This document shows, piece after piece, positions 35,830 through 48,849 of a DNA stretch of 64,000 nucleotides (positions are counted from its first letter, which is position 1; each line of letters starts with the position of its first letter). The stretch is from NCBI RefSeq assembly GCF_963921235.1, contig NC_086099.1, positions 124,310,001 to 124,374,000 of the forward strand, written 5' to 3'. Origin of the DNA: Mobula hypostoma (Eukaryota). A program made the translations under genes and the position numbers. The notes under the pieces are model-generated. The model did no database searches, was not told where the DNA came from, and worked only from the letters and a program-made list of their open reading frames with translations.

Positions 35830-37730
35830 TAAAGGAAATTACAGTGTCACAGTAGCATTACAAGTGCACAGATATACAAATGCAAGAGAAGCAAGAAAGA
35901 ATTAAAAAAATAGGTTTCCTCGAATAGTCTAACAGGAGGGGGGTCATCACTTCCCCGGCTATAGGCTGACTCATTATAGAGCCTAATGGCTGAGGGTAAG
36001 AATGGCCTCATATAGCTCTCTTTGGAGCAACACAATAGCTTTCGTCGTTGGGTCGCATCTGGAATTTCCAGTTGGCGGACGATTTCCCTCCACGCTGCTC
36101 TGACATATTGGGAAATCATGTTCGTGGCAAGTTACAGCAGCGGTTTGCCTTTGCCTTCTGCCGGGTGGGTTTAAGGAGATCACCACCTCTTGCAGTGGAT
36201 GACCAGGAAGTCTTAAGTCCCTTGTCGTGCTCTTAACGCTCCACAGACGCCTGCCGGCCTGCCTTCTTGACCGTTGGACCATTAATCGAACTTTTCCACT
36301 CAATCTGCCATGGCCAGACTTCACACGCTGGGATAGGCAGATCCCCTACCTCACCGAGGGTCGAGGACCCGTCGGCTACCCTCACCTAGTTTGGCCCGTC
36401 TGCCGAGACGGTTTACCGGGGTGCGGCCGCTGCGTGTGTTACAGCTACTTGGAGCCACAGGTGAGAGCTGAGCGCCGGGTGGGGACCAAAGGTGGACGAG
36501 CTGCCCTGAAAAAGGGCACGGCAGGCCCCCCACCAGAGGTGCTACCCCTCCCTAGACACCCCATACACCCCACAATTGTTTTAGTCTATTACTAAAAGTG
36601 CTCCTCTGTTCAGCCGATGTGGCATCCAGAGGGTGAGAAACATTGCCCAGAATTGCCATTATTTTCTGTAGGGTATTTTGTTCTGCCACAGGCTCCAGTG
36701 TGAACAGTTTGATTTCCATAACAGAGCCAGCCTTCCTAATCAGTTTATTGAGCCTGTTGGTATCACCCACGTTGATGCCATTGCCCCAGTACACCACCAC
36801 ATAGACCATTGTACTGGCGATAACAGACCGGTAGAACATGTGAAGGAGAAGCCTGCAGACTCCAAAGGACCTCAGGAAGAAGAGGCGACTCTGTCCCTTC
36901 TCGTACACAGCTTCTGTGTTGGTGCTCCACTCAAGCCTGTCGTCCAGGTGCACCCCCACATATTTGTAGGTTTTCATCGCATCCACGTCCTCACCATCAA
37001 TAATAACAGGGAGCAATGCAGGCTTAGCCTTCCTAAAGTCCATCTCCATCTCCTTTGTCTTACTGATGTGGAGCTGCAGCTGATCCAGCTTGTACCATTT
37101 GACAAAGTCCTCCACCAGGGCCCTGTATTCATCCTCCCTTTATAAACCCAACTATTGCTGAGTCATCAGAGGATTTCTGCAGATGACATGACTCAGTGTT
37201 GTATCTAAAGTCCGAGGTATACAGGGTAAACAGGAAGGGAGCCAACACAGTCCCCAGTGCTGCTTATAGCCATGTCTGACACACAGCTCTGAAGCTGTAC
37301 AAACTGCGGTCTGCCAATCTAGTAGTCCCTTATCCGGGATTCAATGGAAATGCCATCCTGCATTGAACGGAGCTTTTCCCCAGCAATGAGGGCTGTATGG
37401 TATTGAAAGCACTTGAGAAATCAAAAAACATGATCCTCACAGTGCTGCCCTGCTTATCCAGATGGGACTAAGCTCGGTTCAGCAGGTAGTTGACAGCGTT
37501 ATCAACTCTAATGTGCTCCTGGTTGGCAAAGCGCAGGGGATCGAGGGCAGATCTGGAAAAGGGTTAAAGGTGAGCTAGGACCAGTCTCTCTGGAGTCTTC
37601 AAGATGTGTGAGGTCAGGGCCAGTAGACAGTAGTAATTTAAGATATTTAGTTGGCCCTTCTTGGGTGCTGCGTCCACACATGATGTTTCCACACAGTCAG
37701 GACCCTTTCCAGGCTGAGACTCAGACTGAA
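35830..37730 (-). mobile_element. Decayed Rex1/Babar LINE interrupted at 36037-36570
   Basis: ORF 36552-37115 LQLHISKTKEMEMDFRK...YKYVGVHLDDRLEWS, C-terminal SFLPSAIRLYN, RT remnants to about 37700. Confidence 0.8.
36037..36570 (-). mobile_element. GC-rich non-autonomous retroposon with RTE/BovB-like tail segment
   Basis: 6-bp TSD CACAAT at 36031-36036 and 36571-36576; AGAAGGCAAAGGCAAACCGCT segment recalls RTE/Bov-A tails; no ORF. Family call tentative. Confidence 0.5.
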
Positions 37731-37739
37731 AATGCCTAG

Positions 37740-38160
37740 TCCCATCCTGACCGTAACCCTGACTAGTAATGCTACCCATCTTCCTTTAATCCCTCCCGCT
37801 CTGTCACACCTAAAACTCCAGAACCCCGGAATACTGAGCTGCCAGTCCTACCCTTCCTGCAACCAAGCCTCACTAACTGATACAATGTCATAATTCCACA
37901 TGCTAATCCATACCCCAAGTTTATTTGCCTTTCCTACAATACTCCTTGCATTAAAATATACACAGCTCAGAACATTAGTCCCACCATGCTCCTGACTTTG
38001 TATTAAAGGCTTAGTAACATTGTTCTCTACAACCACTTCACACTCTGTTCTGGCTTCCTGGTTCCCATTGCCCTGCAACTTTAGCTTAAACCCTCTCCAT
38101 CCCCACCCCCTGGCCTGCAGCACTAGTAAATCTTTCCGCTAGGAATTAGACCCACTCCAG
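37740..38160 (-). mobile_element. Old CR1 fragment spanning the ORF1/ORF2 junction
   Basis: GFKLKLQGNGNQ...CVYFNARSIVGKANKLGVWISMWNYDIVSVSEAWLQEG. Confidence 0.8.
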
Positions 38161-40389
38161 TTCGTTATCAGTCGCTACTTCAAACAGTGACTCACTCCTG
38201 ACGAGATTTAGTTTGCAAATGGTTCCCACCCTGTAAGATGTCTCTCTCTCTACTTCAAACATTCTTTAAACTAAAATAAATTCCTAATATAAATTCGTTT
38301 TTTTTTCTTGCTCATTGTACAAATGTTACATGGATTAATGATATATCATAAAGTAGATATAAAGTCTATTATTACATTTCACCTTTTGTTAGTGCACTAA
38401 AGCATATTTGCATTTAGCGCTAGCATCAAATAAGGTCTCCCTCTATCTCAAAGTAGGTCAAACTCCACTTGGAGCAGAGTTACGTTGGTTTTCATCTACG
38501 CCAGGACCGTGTGTTGCTAATGAGGCAAGGCTCAATCCACCATGGATAATGGGCACTAGTCCATTAATACAGACAGAGGCAACAAGAGATGCTGCAAGGC
38601 TATAGAGAGCTGCTCGATATAGTGGATGAAACAGCTTCCCGTGGAGTTAACTGATAATTCCTTATTTTGGTTTATATCATTTTATGGCATATGTGAGTCT
38701 TGTATACCTTCACAAAGCAAATCAGCTGTCTCAGTATTTATTGGGAAGACAGCCCAGAAAAATGACATACCTCTCCATAATCCAGTCAGTACTATGAGCG
38801 TGGAAACTTTTCTAATTATGCAGTGGGAAAGAGCTGACTGCGGTTGGCACCAATTCTAATCTTTCTAATCCATATGTGGCTGTCTGGCCAGGAATATTCC
38901 ATGTGTGTGGTTCTGTAACTAGACGTTAATCTGCTGTTAAACATAGCTCTGCAATGTATCATGGAAGCCTGAAGGCCAAACATTGTGTTTCAGAAACTTC
39001 AGCACATACAGGATTTTCTTCTTCAGTGAGATCCTGGGTAAGTTCCTGCAATGCCAGCTTTGCTGTCTGTTTAGTAATTAAGGCCGTTTGCTTTCTCAGG
39101 TGACCACAAATTAACCTGTGGCAAGTTCAAGGAGCAGCAGTGGATTTGGAGTCCTTACCAACATTCAGCAGCATGCCAATAATCACTAAAACATATTCAG
39201 TACAAAGAACACACTGAAGCCAAAAATAACCTGCTGAACTTTATATGTAACAGCTAATGGACAATATTGTTAAATAATTGTACACTTCTCTTTATTGTAG
39301 AATATTGCGTGCTGTTAAAGCCAAACACTTCAATAACTCCACACAACACAGCGAGCATCAGTGAAGAAGCTAAGGTTATTTATTCACTCGGACAGAACTG
39401 AAAGGAATTTGCTTTTACTTCTGGAAATGCATCAAGTTTCTTGAACACGTACTTAATGTCTTGAACTCGAGTTCTTTGGTAGCAGTTACTGTGAAATGTC
39501 CCAATCGAAATGAAGCTCCAAGCTACTTACTATGGTTTTAAATACTGGACTGCCTGAAGCCTGCAAGAAGGTTTCATGTTAATAAAATGCAATACTTTGT
39601 GTAGAGAATACCAGTGTCATGTAGGACACGTCAGTGTGCCCTATTCAGTATTCACTGCTGCTTTATGCTTTACAATAAAACACTGTGTACCCTTTAGCTG
39701 TTTAGTTCTTTCATTTCAGGTCTGTCAGCATCTCATCTCCTACCTCACACCATTTACAACTGAAACTTCTGGATTCACCTTCAGGGTTTCTGGTAGTTTT
39801 TTTATTTCTATCCCAAGACTTATCTATCACAAGATGTTTAATCATGAAAATTATCATAAACAAATTGATTAACTTTTAAACAGCTCTTCAAATAACTGGA
39901 ACACAACACATACTGATATGCAGCAATTTACTGACAAATCAGTTTATTTTAAGTGGCACATCCAGGTGTTATCTTGTGCACCAATTGACCAATTTATGAA
40001 AGGGTCACTTCTACCACGTATATTGCTGCTAAAAGCAATGTAGATCTGTTATGGAAAGACAGCTGTAAGAATCATTCTCACTTGAACATGCTCACAGTCA
40101 ATCATACCACACTTCACTCCAAGTGCAAGTCAACTATCAAACACCTGTTTACACCAAGCATGTTTTATTCCTTTTAAACTCCCAACAACTCTGCCTAAAT
40201 TCTACTACTCCACCACACACTAATGGAAATTTTCATTTCTTTGTTATATTCTGTGTCGCATGACGTGGGTAATCATGGTCTTGCCAAGAACAATCATGGT
40301 CATGGAAAATTTTGCTACAGAAGTGGTCTCACGGATAAAGGAGGTTACATTAAAGCAGAGGGGAGGTTGCCAGTGTGATTCCTGCTGAT

Positions 40390-40900
40390 AGTGGAAAGGG
40401 GCATGTGGGATCACATTAAATCTGGTGGAAGTGATGAAGAATGATGTGCTGGATGCCGAGGCTGATGGGGTATACAGACCGAGAGAACTCTACCCCTATT
40501 GTATGTTAGGGAGGCTAAGAATGGGTGGGGGGAATGGAAGAGAGGCGTGGCATCCCAGCAAAGGACAGAGTGGGAGATGTAATCTAGGTCACTATGGGAG
40601 TCAATAAGTTTGTAGTAAATGCTTTGGATAGTTTGTCTCAAGATGGAGACAGATCAGGAAAGGAGAGGCATCTGAAAAGTCCCAGTAATCTTGAGGACAG
40701 GTGCAAGTTAACAGAGAAGTTGATGAAATTAATGAGTTCTGCACAGCTGCTGAAGCAGAACCAATTCTTGAACTAATTGTAGTGTTTAAAGTTGAAGTGA
40801 AGCCAGAGCAGATTTGGAAAAGCGATTGCTCGGTGTAGCCAATGCAAGGCAGTCATATCTAGGCCTATTGCGTTGATTTGGAGAAAGCGATAGTAATCAA
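40390..40900 (-). mobile_element. Decayed Penelope-like element fragment
   Basis: Collinear with 59030-59500 of the Penelope copy (IDSHSDLDYISH equivalent of MDSHSYLDYSSSH). Confidence 0.6.
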
Positions 40901-41229
40901 AGAAGAATTTGTTCTGGATAAACAAATTCTGCCAGACATAGGCAAGCGTTAAGAGGGGAACTGATTAAATCCACGTTTAAAAAGGTAACTGGAGTTCTTC
41001 AGGTCCTCCCATCTGGGTAGGGAATTGTGCAGGGAGTGGAATTCCATAGTGAAGGCAAGGCAGTGAGGGGAGGGGGAGGGAATTGAAAGTTGGTAAAATG
41101 GTAGACGTCGTGCAGAGTGCGCAGATTCCGGTGGAACTGAAAGGCGAGAGGGCGCGAGAGGGGGAGAGGGCAGGAGAGGGGGAGAGAGAGACAGAGAGAG
41201 CGACCGACCAAGGTGACAGTTTACGTAAC

Positions 41230-41850
41230 TTTATATAAGCTAGATCAGAATCAGAATCTGGCTTATTATCACCGGCATGTGACGTGAAATTGTTAACTTA
41301 GCAGCAGCAGTTCAATGTAATAAATAATCTAGTAGAGAGAAAATAATAATAATAAATAAAACATAATACTAAATAAACAAGTAAATCAATTACGTATATT
41401 GAATAGATTTTTAAAATTGTGCAAAAAAACAGAAATACTGTATATTAAAAAAAAGTGAGGTAGTGTCCAAAGCTTCAATGTCCATTTAGGAATCGGATGG
41501 CAGAGGGGAAGAAGCTGTTCCTGAACCACAGAGTGTGTGCCTTCAGGCTTCTGTACCTCCTGCCTGATGGTAACAGTGAGAAAAGGACATGCCCTGGGTG
41601 TTGGAGGTCCTTAATAATGGACGATGCCTTTCTGAGACACTGCTCCCTGAAGATGTCCTGGGTACTTTGTAGGCTAGTGCCCAAGATGGAGCTGACTAGA
41701 TTTACAACCTTCTGCAGCTTCTTTCGGTCCTGTGCAGTAGCCCCTCCATACCAGACAGTTTTGCAGCCTGTCAGAATGCTCTCCACAGTACAACTATAGA
41801 AGTTTTTGAGTGTATTTGTTGACATGCCAAATCTCTTCAAACTCCTAATA
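41230..41850 (-). mobile_element. Rex1/Babar 3' fragment
   Basis: ORF 41475-41840 ends LLPSGRRYRSLKAHTLWFRNSFFPSAIRFLNGH. Confidence 0.85.
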
Positions 41851-41979
41851 TCACTGTCCCATCAGCAATAGTGTCAGTTCAATATCTGCATATACATCAA
41901 AGCTTATATTGTCCAGAAAGACACAAATTGGAGCAGCCCATCTTATAATTTGTTTTTAAACCAGATTATTTCAGGGATT

Positions 41980-43200
41980 ACTCTCTTTGTGATCCCGTGT
42001 CCATTCTTACCTCCCCACTGATCTCTCTGCAGGAACTTATCCCTGCAAGCAAAAGTGATACACAGGCCCACTTTCCTCCATTCAGGGCCCCGCACAATCT
42101 TTGCAGGTAGGCAACACTTTACCTGTGAATCTGCTGGGCTTGTCCATTGTGTCCAGTGCTCCCGATGCAGCCTCCTTCACATTGGTGAGACCCAACGAAA
42201 ACTGGGGGACCGCTTTGTCGAGTACCTTCGCTCCATCTGCTAAAAACAGGATTTCCTGGTGGCCAACCATTTTAATTCCAATCTCCATTTTGACACAAGG
42301 CCATAAGACATTGGAGCAGAATTAGGGCATTCAGCTCATCAAGTCCGCTGCATGATTTGATCATGGCTGATCCATCTTTCTCTCAATGCAATTCTCCTGC
42401 CTTCTCCCCATTACCTTTAACACCCTGACTAATTAAGAATATATCAACCTCCATCTTAAATACAATCAACAATCGGGCAACCACCCGTGGCAACTAATTC
42501 CACAGATTCACCACCCTCTGGCTAAAGAAATTCCTCATCTCCATTCTGAATGTACGTCCTTCTGTTTTCAGGCTGTGTCCTCCAGTACTAGTCTCCTCAT
42601 CATAGGGAACACCCTCTTCGCATCTACTTTATCGAAGCCTTCTCCCAAGTCCCTTTGCAACTTGGATTTTTGAATTTTCTCCCTGTGTAGAAAATAGACT
42701 ACTTTCAAGACACGGCATGCTCTACTATTCTTAGGTTGGAGGAGCAAAACCTCATTTTCCATGTGGCTAGCCTCCAAACTGATGGCATGAATATTAATTT
42801 TTTTAAGCTCCCCGCCCCCTTCAATTCCCTATTCTGGTTTCCCTTTCACCCCTTCTCTTCTCTTTACCTAACTCTTCCCCCTGGTCCCCTCTCCTTCTCT
42901 TTCTCTCATAGCTCACTCTTCTCTCCCATCAGATTCCTCCGCTAGCCCTTCACCTTTTCCACCTATCACCTCCCAGCTTCTTAATTCAAACACCCCCCAC
43001 ACCCTCCTAGCTTCACCTATCACTTTCTACCTTCCTCCAACCATCCCCCCCCACCCAATTTATTCTGGATTCTTCCCCCTTCCTTTCCTGTCCTGATGAA
43101 GGTTTTCAGCCCAAAACGACAACTGCTTATTCTTCTCCATAGATACTGCCTGAGCTGCTGAGTTCCTCCAGAATTTTGTGTGTGTTATTCAGTGCTCAGG
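41980..43200 (+). mobile_element. Penelope-like element 3' part (GIY-YIG to terminus) split by a minus-strand CR1 3' fragment at about 42300-42710
   Basis: HFTCESAGLVHCVQCSRCSLLHIGETQRKLGDRF; pyrimidine-rich tract; degenerate CTGATGA...AAAACG terminus at 43093-43120. Confidence 0.75.
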
Positions 43201-44412
43201 CATGCTTCCTATAGAGGGAAATGAAGAGTCTGTGTTGGGTCAAAACCTAGAAACAGTGCAGATGTTGCCTGACCCACTGAATTTCTCCAGAATTTTGCAT
43301 GTGTACATAATGAATTGTACAACTGCACTGGAGCCTACGGAATTTTCACATTTTCAGAAAGACTTGAATTGGATTTGTTTCAGGCACTCAAACACTCCTA
43401 CTGGGTGCTTTAATTGTACATTTCACCCAAACAATTCTTAAAGCCTAAGCAAGCTTCTACACACAACCAGATGGATAACTTTCACAATGTTTTGTTAAAG
43501 CTCCCCATGATACAACTAGTTTATGATCAAATGTTTCCCACCTCACTAGCAGGATGTAAAATAGCCACTGGGTCTTAGAATTATTACTTCAGCGCATTCA
43601 GTCGACATCAGGTCTCTGCTGACCCATTCAGCCAATCACATTCCCTGCTTTCCCACATCTGTTTATAAGCTGATTTCATTCAGGTGCTATTCCAATTTCC
43701 TTTTGAAATCATTGATTGCCCATAGTTATAGGTGGCAAGCTATCAGCTCTTGCTAAACAAAGTTCTACCTCACATTCCAAACTAATCTTTTTACTGAAAC
43801 AACCCCAGATTCTCCAACAAAATTTGTAGCTCTCTTCCTGGAAGCATCTTCACAAATCTGATCAGTGTGCAAAGGCTTCAGTTTCTTAAGTTTATGATGA
43901 CCAGAACAGTATGCATACTTTATAAAACATTCAACACAACTTTCATAGTTTTGTACTTTTTACATGGTACCTAAGATCATTACACTTTACCATCTATTCT
44001 TAATATAATCAAAGATCTACACAAATGAACCTCCAGGTTTCTTGGTTCCAGTCCACTTTCAGGTTGTGCCTTCAAGTCTATGTTGCTTCTCCCCATCTAC
44101 TGGAGCAAAAGGCCAAACTTCACATTTTCTCCTTTGTTAAAAGTCCATGTTCACTTTCTATAATATGAAATCTAGGAAACACTCAACATCCATTCCCTAA
44201 CAGCATCAGTAACACTTAAGCACAGAATCCAAGCCGAAGTGATTTCATCTCAATACCAGCATTCTGAAATTCCCACAGGATGAAGATGTTTCATTTAATC
44301 GAAAACTCCCAGAAACTATTCCCACTTTTAGATGAGTATACCAACCAGGTTCAATCAATTACAAGTCCTAGTTTTCAGTTCTTGCTGCTTCCTGTTCCTT
44401 TGGACCACATCT

Positions 44413-44614
44413 TTAAACACAAACTACTTGGCAACTACTTGGTTTTTGATGGCAATCCGAAGAGTTACTCATCTGATCACGTTTCCACTCAAAGCAGCAA
44501 GCCACAGAGCTGCTCAGCGAGTACACAGTGATAACAATGTCAGTGCTCTTAAAAACATCATGAATTATCTGAGCAACTTTATTCCAGCTGAGTTTGTCCA
44601 ATCCACATCCAATC
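44413..44614 (-). CDS. OARD1: OARD1 (TARG1/C6orf130) last coding exon, with 33-aa extension
   Basis: Acceptor ttgtctttctttacag|G; [33 protein letters not shown] matches human [33 protein letters not shown] (catalytic Asp kept); stop TAA at 44413-44415. Confidence 0.92.
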
Positions 44615-44884
44615 CTGTAAAGAAAGACAATTAGAAGAAAAGTAGTCCATACTAGTGATTTTTGGCTTCAAATGATAGTCTATGTAAAAAAGTCAGTATA
44701 ACCCCATACTTTCAAATGCTGCAACAAAGATCCTGCCTTTAGATAGCTGAACATTTAAAAAAAATAAATCTCACGTTCATACATAACAATTTCATATTAA
44801 TATGCAACGCCCAGCTTGCATTATATTTCTCCCCCACCCCCATTAATGTTTTGCTCATTTATCTAGACCAGGGTGTTCTATTAC

Positions 44885-44997
44885 CTGGGCATTGAGATGC
44901 GTGTGACTTGACTTTTGATACAGTGTCTCTTCATGGCCTCCAGGCTGCTCTGTAGACTTTCATAAGTTGGCTTTTGAAAGGCTTTCTTTTTAGTAAT
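44885..44997 (-). CDS. OARD1: OARD1 coding exon (113 nt)
   Basis: [37 protein letters not shown](R); AG/GT boundaries; catalytic Lys of ITK kept. Confidence 0.95.
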
Positions 44998-47239
44998 CTG
45001 TGCAATAATAATCCCACTTAATATTAACCAATTACTCTTTGGATTAATAGAGAGTGAAACATTAAACTGGTTATTTGTTCAAGGTAAAGGCAAGGCACTG
45101 TCTCAACTAAATAGCATATAAATAGTTTGGAAATGTAATAACAAAAATCAATTTGATTACTGAAGCATATTCTAACATCGGATTTCTTAAAATATTTCTC
45201 TCAAACTCTGAATTCTCAAATCAGAAATGAAGATCAACTCTTGCAGCCATCCTTGTGCTTCTTGGTAATGGGAGGAGGCTTTGGAAGTGCATCAGAATGG
45301 TGTTGGTGAGCAACACCATACATACCACAGCCAGTGCGTGCACCGAGGAAGGTACTGTTTTAAAAACAGCTGCTGTTCACTTTCACCTCGGATGGAGAGA
45401 TTCTCAGCCAGGCAGGTAAAGTCACTCATTCTGGCAAGAGGAGAGTATTCCACATTGTCCGTAAGTTGTGCCTTCTAGGTGAAGGGACGGCTTTGGGATG
45501 GCACTTGAATCACTGACCGCATGATATTCAAAGAGCAGTTGTGGCATTTGCTTTGGGTCATTGCTCTGGGGCATTGATAGGGGACTTCAGGATGGCAATG
45601 CTTTGAATGACAAGTGATTTTACTACTTCATCCCACGTGTGAATTGAATCTTGATTATCTTTCACATAGACAACGGACAGCAACACTGGAACTGGAAATG
45701 CAATTGGACATTGTGCAATTAACACTCTTTCTAACACTCACAACACGCTGGAGGAACTCAGCTGGTCGGGCAGCGTCCTTTCTACATCTGATCTAATGAT
45801 GGCAGGGATGTCACTGATAAAGCTCTAGTTTGATGGTTGAGCCTATAGAAGAATTTCTGCAGCAAGGCTAATCACAGTCTAATTAGACTGAGAAATCTAG
45901 CTAGCTTCTCCAAAGCCATCCCTCAACTTCCCAGAAACTAGCCAGCTGAATTTTGGAGAAAAATTACCAATGCTTCCCACTTATTCCCCTTATAGTGCAT
46001 TCCACACACTAACTACTTGCTCTACAAAATACTTCTCATATCACTTTTGGTTCCTGTGCCAATTCCTTCTGTCTTGTTTGCTGACTCCCTTCTGCCAATG
46101 GGAATTGTTTCTCTTAATGTCATGCCCATTACCTGACACTATCTTGCTGGAGAAACTCAGCAGATCAGTCCACAACAGTCAATGCCAACCTTCAGGGTGT
46201 CGACTGAAAACTTTTGACTGATTATTCCTCTCCTTAGATGCTGCCTGACCTGCTGAGTTCCTCCAGCATTTTCTGTGTTGTCTGGATTTCTAGTATCTGC
46301 AGAATCCCTTGTGTGTCTATGACACTATCAATCTCCTTTTGAAAGTTAAAGAAGCACATTCACATGTTACTTTAGCCAAAAAAAAATCAAGTCAGTTGTC
46401 TAAACAAATTAACTCTGACTTCCCTTTATTAATCCAAACTTTGAGTGACTGCCTATTTTGTTTGTTATTCCTATAGCTATTTTTAAACAAAGGTGTAAAA
46501 TTTGCTGTCTTATAATCCTCTAGCACCATCGTTGAACCAAATCATTTGGCATCAAATTTCTTTCCCTACTTCCTTTAGAAATCTCCGATGTTTCCCTTGC
46601 AGACCTGTATTTATCCACTAAATTAGTGACAGCGCGGGCCTTCTCCAGGTCCTTCCATTCTCTCCCGCGTCATAGTTTAACTGGCCACTACTAGAAGATG
46701 CTCCTTATATACAAATGAAATACAGAACTGAAGAACTAACAAATCAATTACAAAGTAAATTGGTGCCCAGAGGAAATGGGACTGCTGTGAATTGGCTTAA
46801 AATAGGTAGGTTGAATGACTTGTCTTACAAGGATATGGAAAAGGAAACATTTCAAAAGTACAATCTGGGTGGGCTTCATTGTCCACACCACGGCAGGAAA
46901 AAATAAAAATACAGAATACTGTGCCATTAAAATTGTTCATATAATATACTGGCACAAGCCCCAAATGAAGCCTGTTATACCAGATAGAACTTGGACACAA
47001 AAATATACCAAACGCAAATTGGCACTAAGTGAACATTAAAACTAGGATTTGTTATTTAAAGACAATCAGATCACAAATGTTTCATTACCAAACACTGAAA
47101 TGTTACCGTCAACCAGTGAGCTTCAGTCACTTGAGTTTAGTCATAAGCAAATAATAGAGACGCATTTTGGAAGTTTGTCAAACCAGAAAACAATGCTATT
47201 ATTATGTCTGGTATCGCGCAAAACAATTTATTGCCTTGA

Positions 47240-47775
47240 AAAATTCTGGGAGGCAGGGGCAGCAGGCGCAAACCTCATGGCGGGCAGGCTGCAGGATGGG
47301 GCGCGAGCCGATGTCCGACTCCATTTCACTGATTAAGGCTTCCATTGTGCGCCGATTAAAGTGACAAGAGAGATTGAAACATTGAATCTGGTGCAGAGGG
47401 TGAGTACCAGCTGCCCGTCTTTTGGTCACTCTGCTACCGGAGAGGGGAGAGCCACCCGCTGTGCCCAGAGAGTGTTGCCCAGGTTTTCTGTGTTTTGGAT
47501 GTGGACTTGGACTAGAGACTTCTTCCAGTCTAATACATTTTTATATTCTGCATTTTTTCCCCGATCTTCCTCATTTTTTTTGTACAGGGAGGGGGATTTG
47601 GGGGAGGCGGTTAACATGCCAGTTCCATTTATGCTTCTTTTATTTTGTGCCGGCTGGGGAGATTTGAGGGGGTTGATGACCGTGCCACCTTTCTTTTTCA
47701 TTCCTGGCTTCATGGCTACCCAGAGAAGAAGAATTTCAGAATTGTAAACTTAATAATAAATGAACCTTTGAATCA
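47240..47775 (+). mobile_element. Non-autonomous SINE-like retroposon
   Basis: GC-rich head (ATGGCGGGCAGG...), tail TAATAAATGAACCTTTGAATC; no credible ORF. Confidence 0.4.
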
Positions 47776-47824
47776 AAATTTTAAAAATACTTCATATAGT
47801 GAGCAATCATAGTGTTTGATTTAC

Positions 47825-47883
47825 CAGATAGTAAATGTATCTTTGGTTTCTCTTCAGCACTGCCACTTCTCCAGTTTTCTTCT
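47825..47883 (-). CDS. OARD1: OARD1 coding exon (59 nt)
   Basis: (K)KKTGEVAVLKRNQRYIYYL matches human KKSGEVAVLKRDGRYIYYL; ttcacag|...|gtaaat. Confidence 0.95.
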
Positions 47884-48849
47884 CTGTGAAGCAAAGAAAA
47901 GTTGGTCATTTTAGTAACGGGTTTATCAAGAACACAAGAAAAAGCAGAATTAGACCAACTTGGTCCTTTTTGCCAAGTCTACCATTCAACAACGTGATGG
48001 CTAACCTTTCACCTCAGCGCTACTTTCCTGCACCAACTCCATAGTAGTGGAAAATCTGGCACTGATCAATCTCAAATGATGGACTAGGCCTTCATAGATT
48101 TCTTGGGTGGTGAATTCCAAGATTTGTTATCCATTGGCGGAAAAAAACAACTTGTATTTGGCTAATTCCTTGCTGTCTGAATCTGACACCCCAGGAAGTA
48201 GAAATATCAACTCTACATCCAATCCCATCTGGAATTTCCTCTCATTCTAAAGTACAGGCCTGCTCAACTTAACCTTTCCTCATGTGAAACATACCATCAC
48301 AGAAAACAACCTGGTCTACCTTTATTGCACTCTTGTACAAAGATGGCCAAGATAAAAACCAACCATAAAGTGTAAGAATTTCAGTCAGAAAATATTAAGA
48401 TTTGGAGTAGAGATAGGCCATTTATCCCTTCCAGCATTATTTAAGGATATTGTACAAAAGGATTGGCTTTCAGTCCCCTCAGCCACTCAATACAATGGCT
48501 GATCTTCTACCACACACTATTTTAATACCACATCTCCACATCCTTCAATTCCTCTAACATCCAAAAACCAAACTGACACTAGTTTTGAAAACAATCACAG
48601 AGCTTATTGAGCCAATAGGAAGAGTCAGTCAACAATTTCCTTCCCTCTGAGTGAAGAAATTTCTCATTGAGTCTTGAAAATGCCCCCCTCCCAAGACTAA
48701 TCATCCCCCTCAGGATTACCCAGCTAGGTGAAACATCCTACATCCACTCTTGTGCCCTTTAATATTAGATGCTTCAGAAAGGACATTCAAGTGGCACCCG
48801 TCAAGACTCACAATCCTGGGCCCTGTTTGGCAAATATTTGCTGTGCTTT

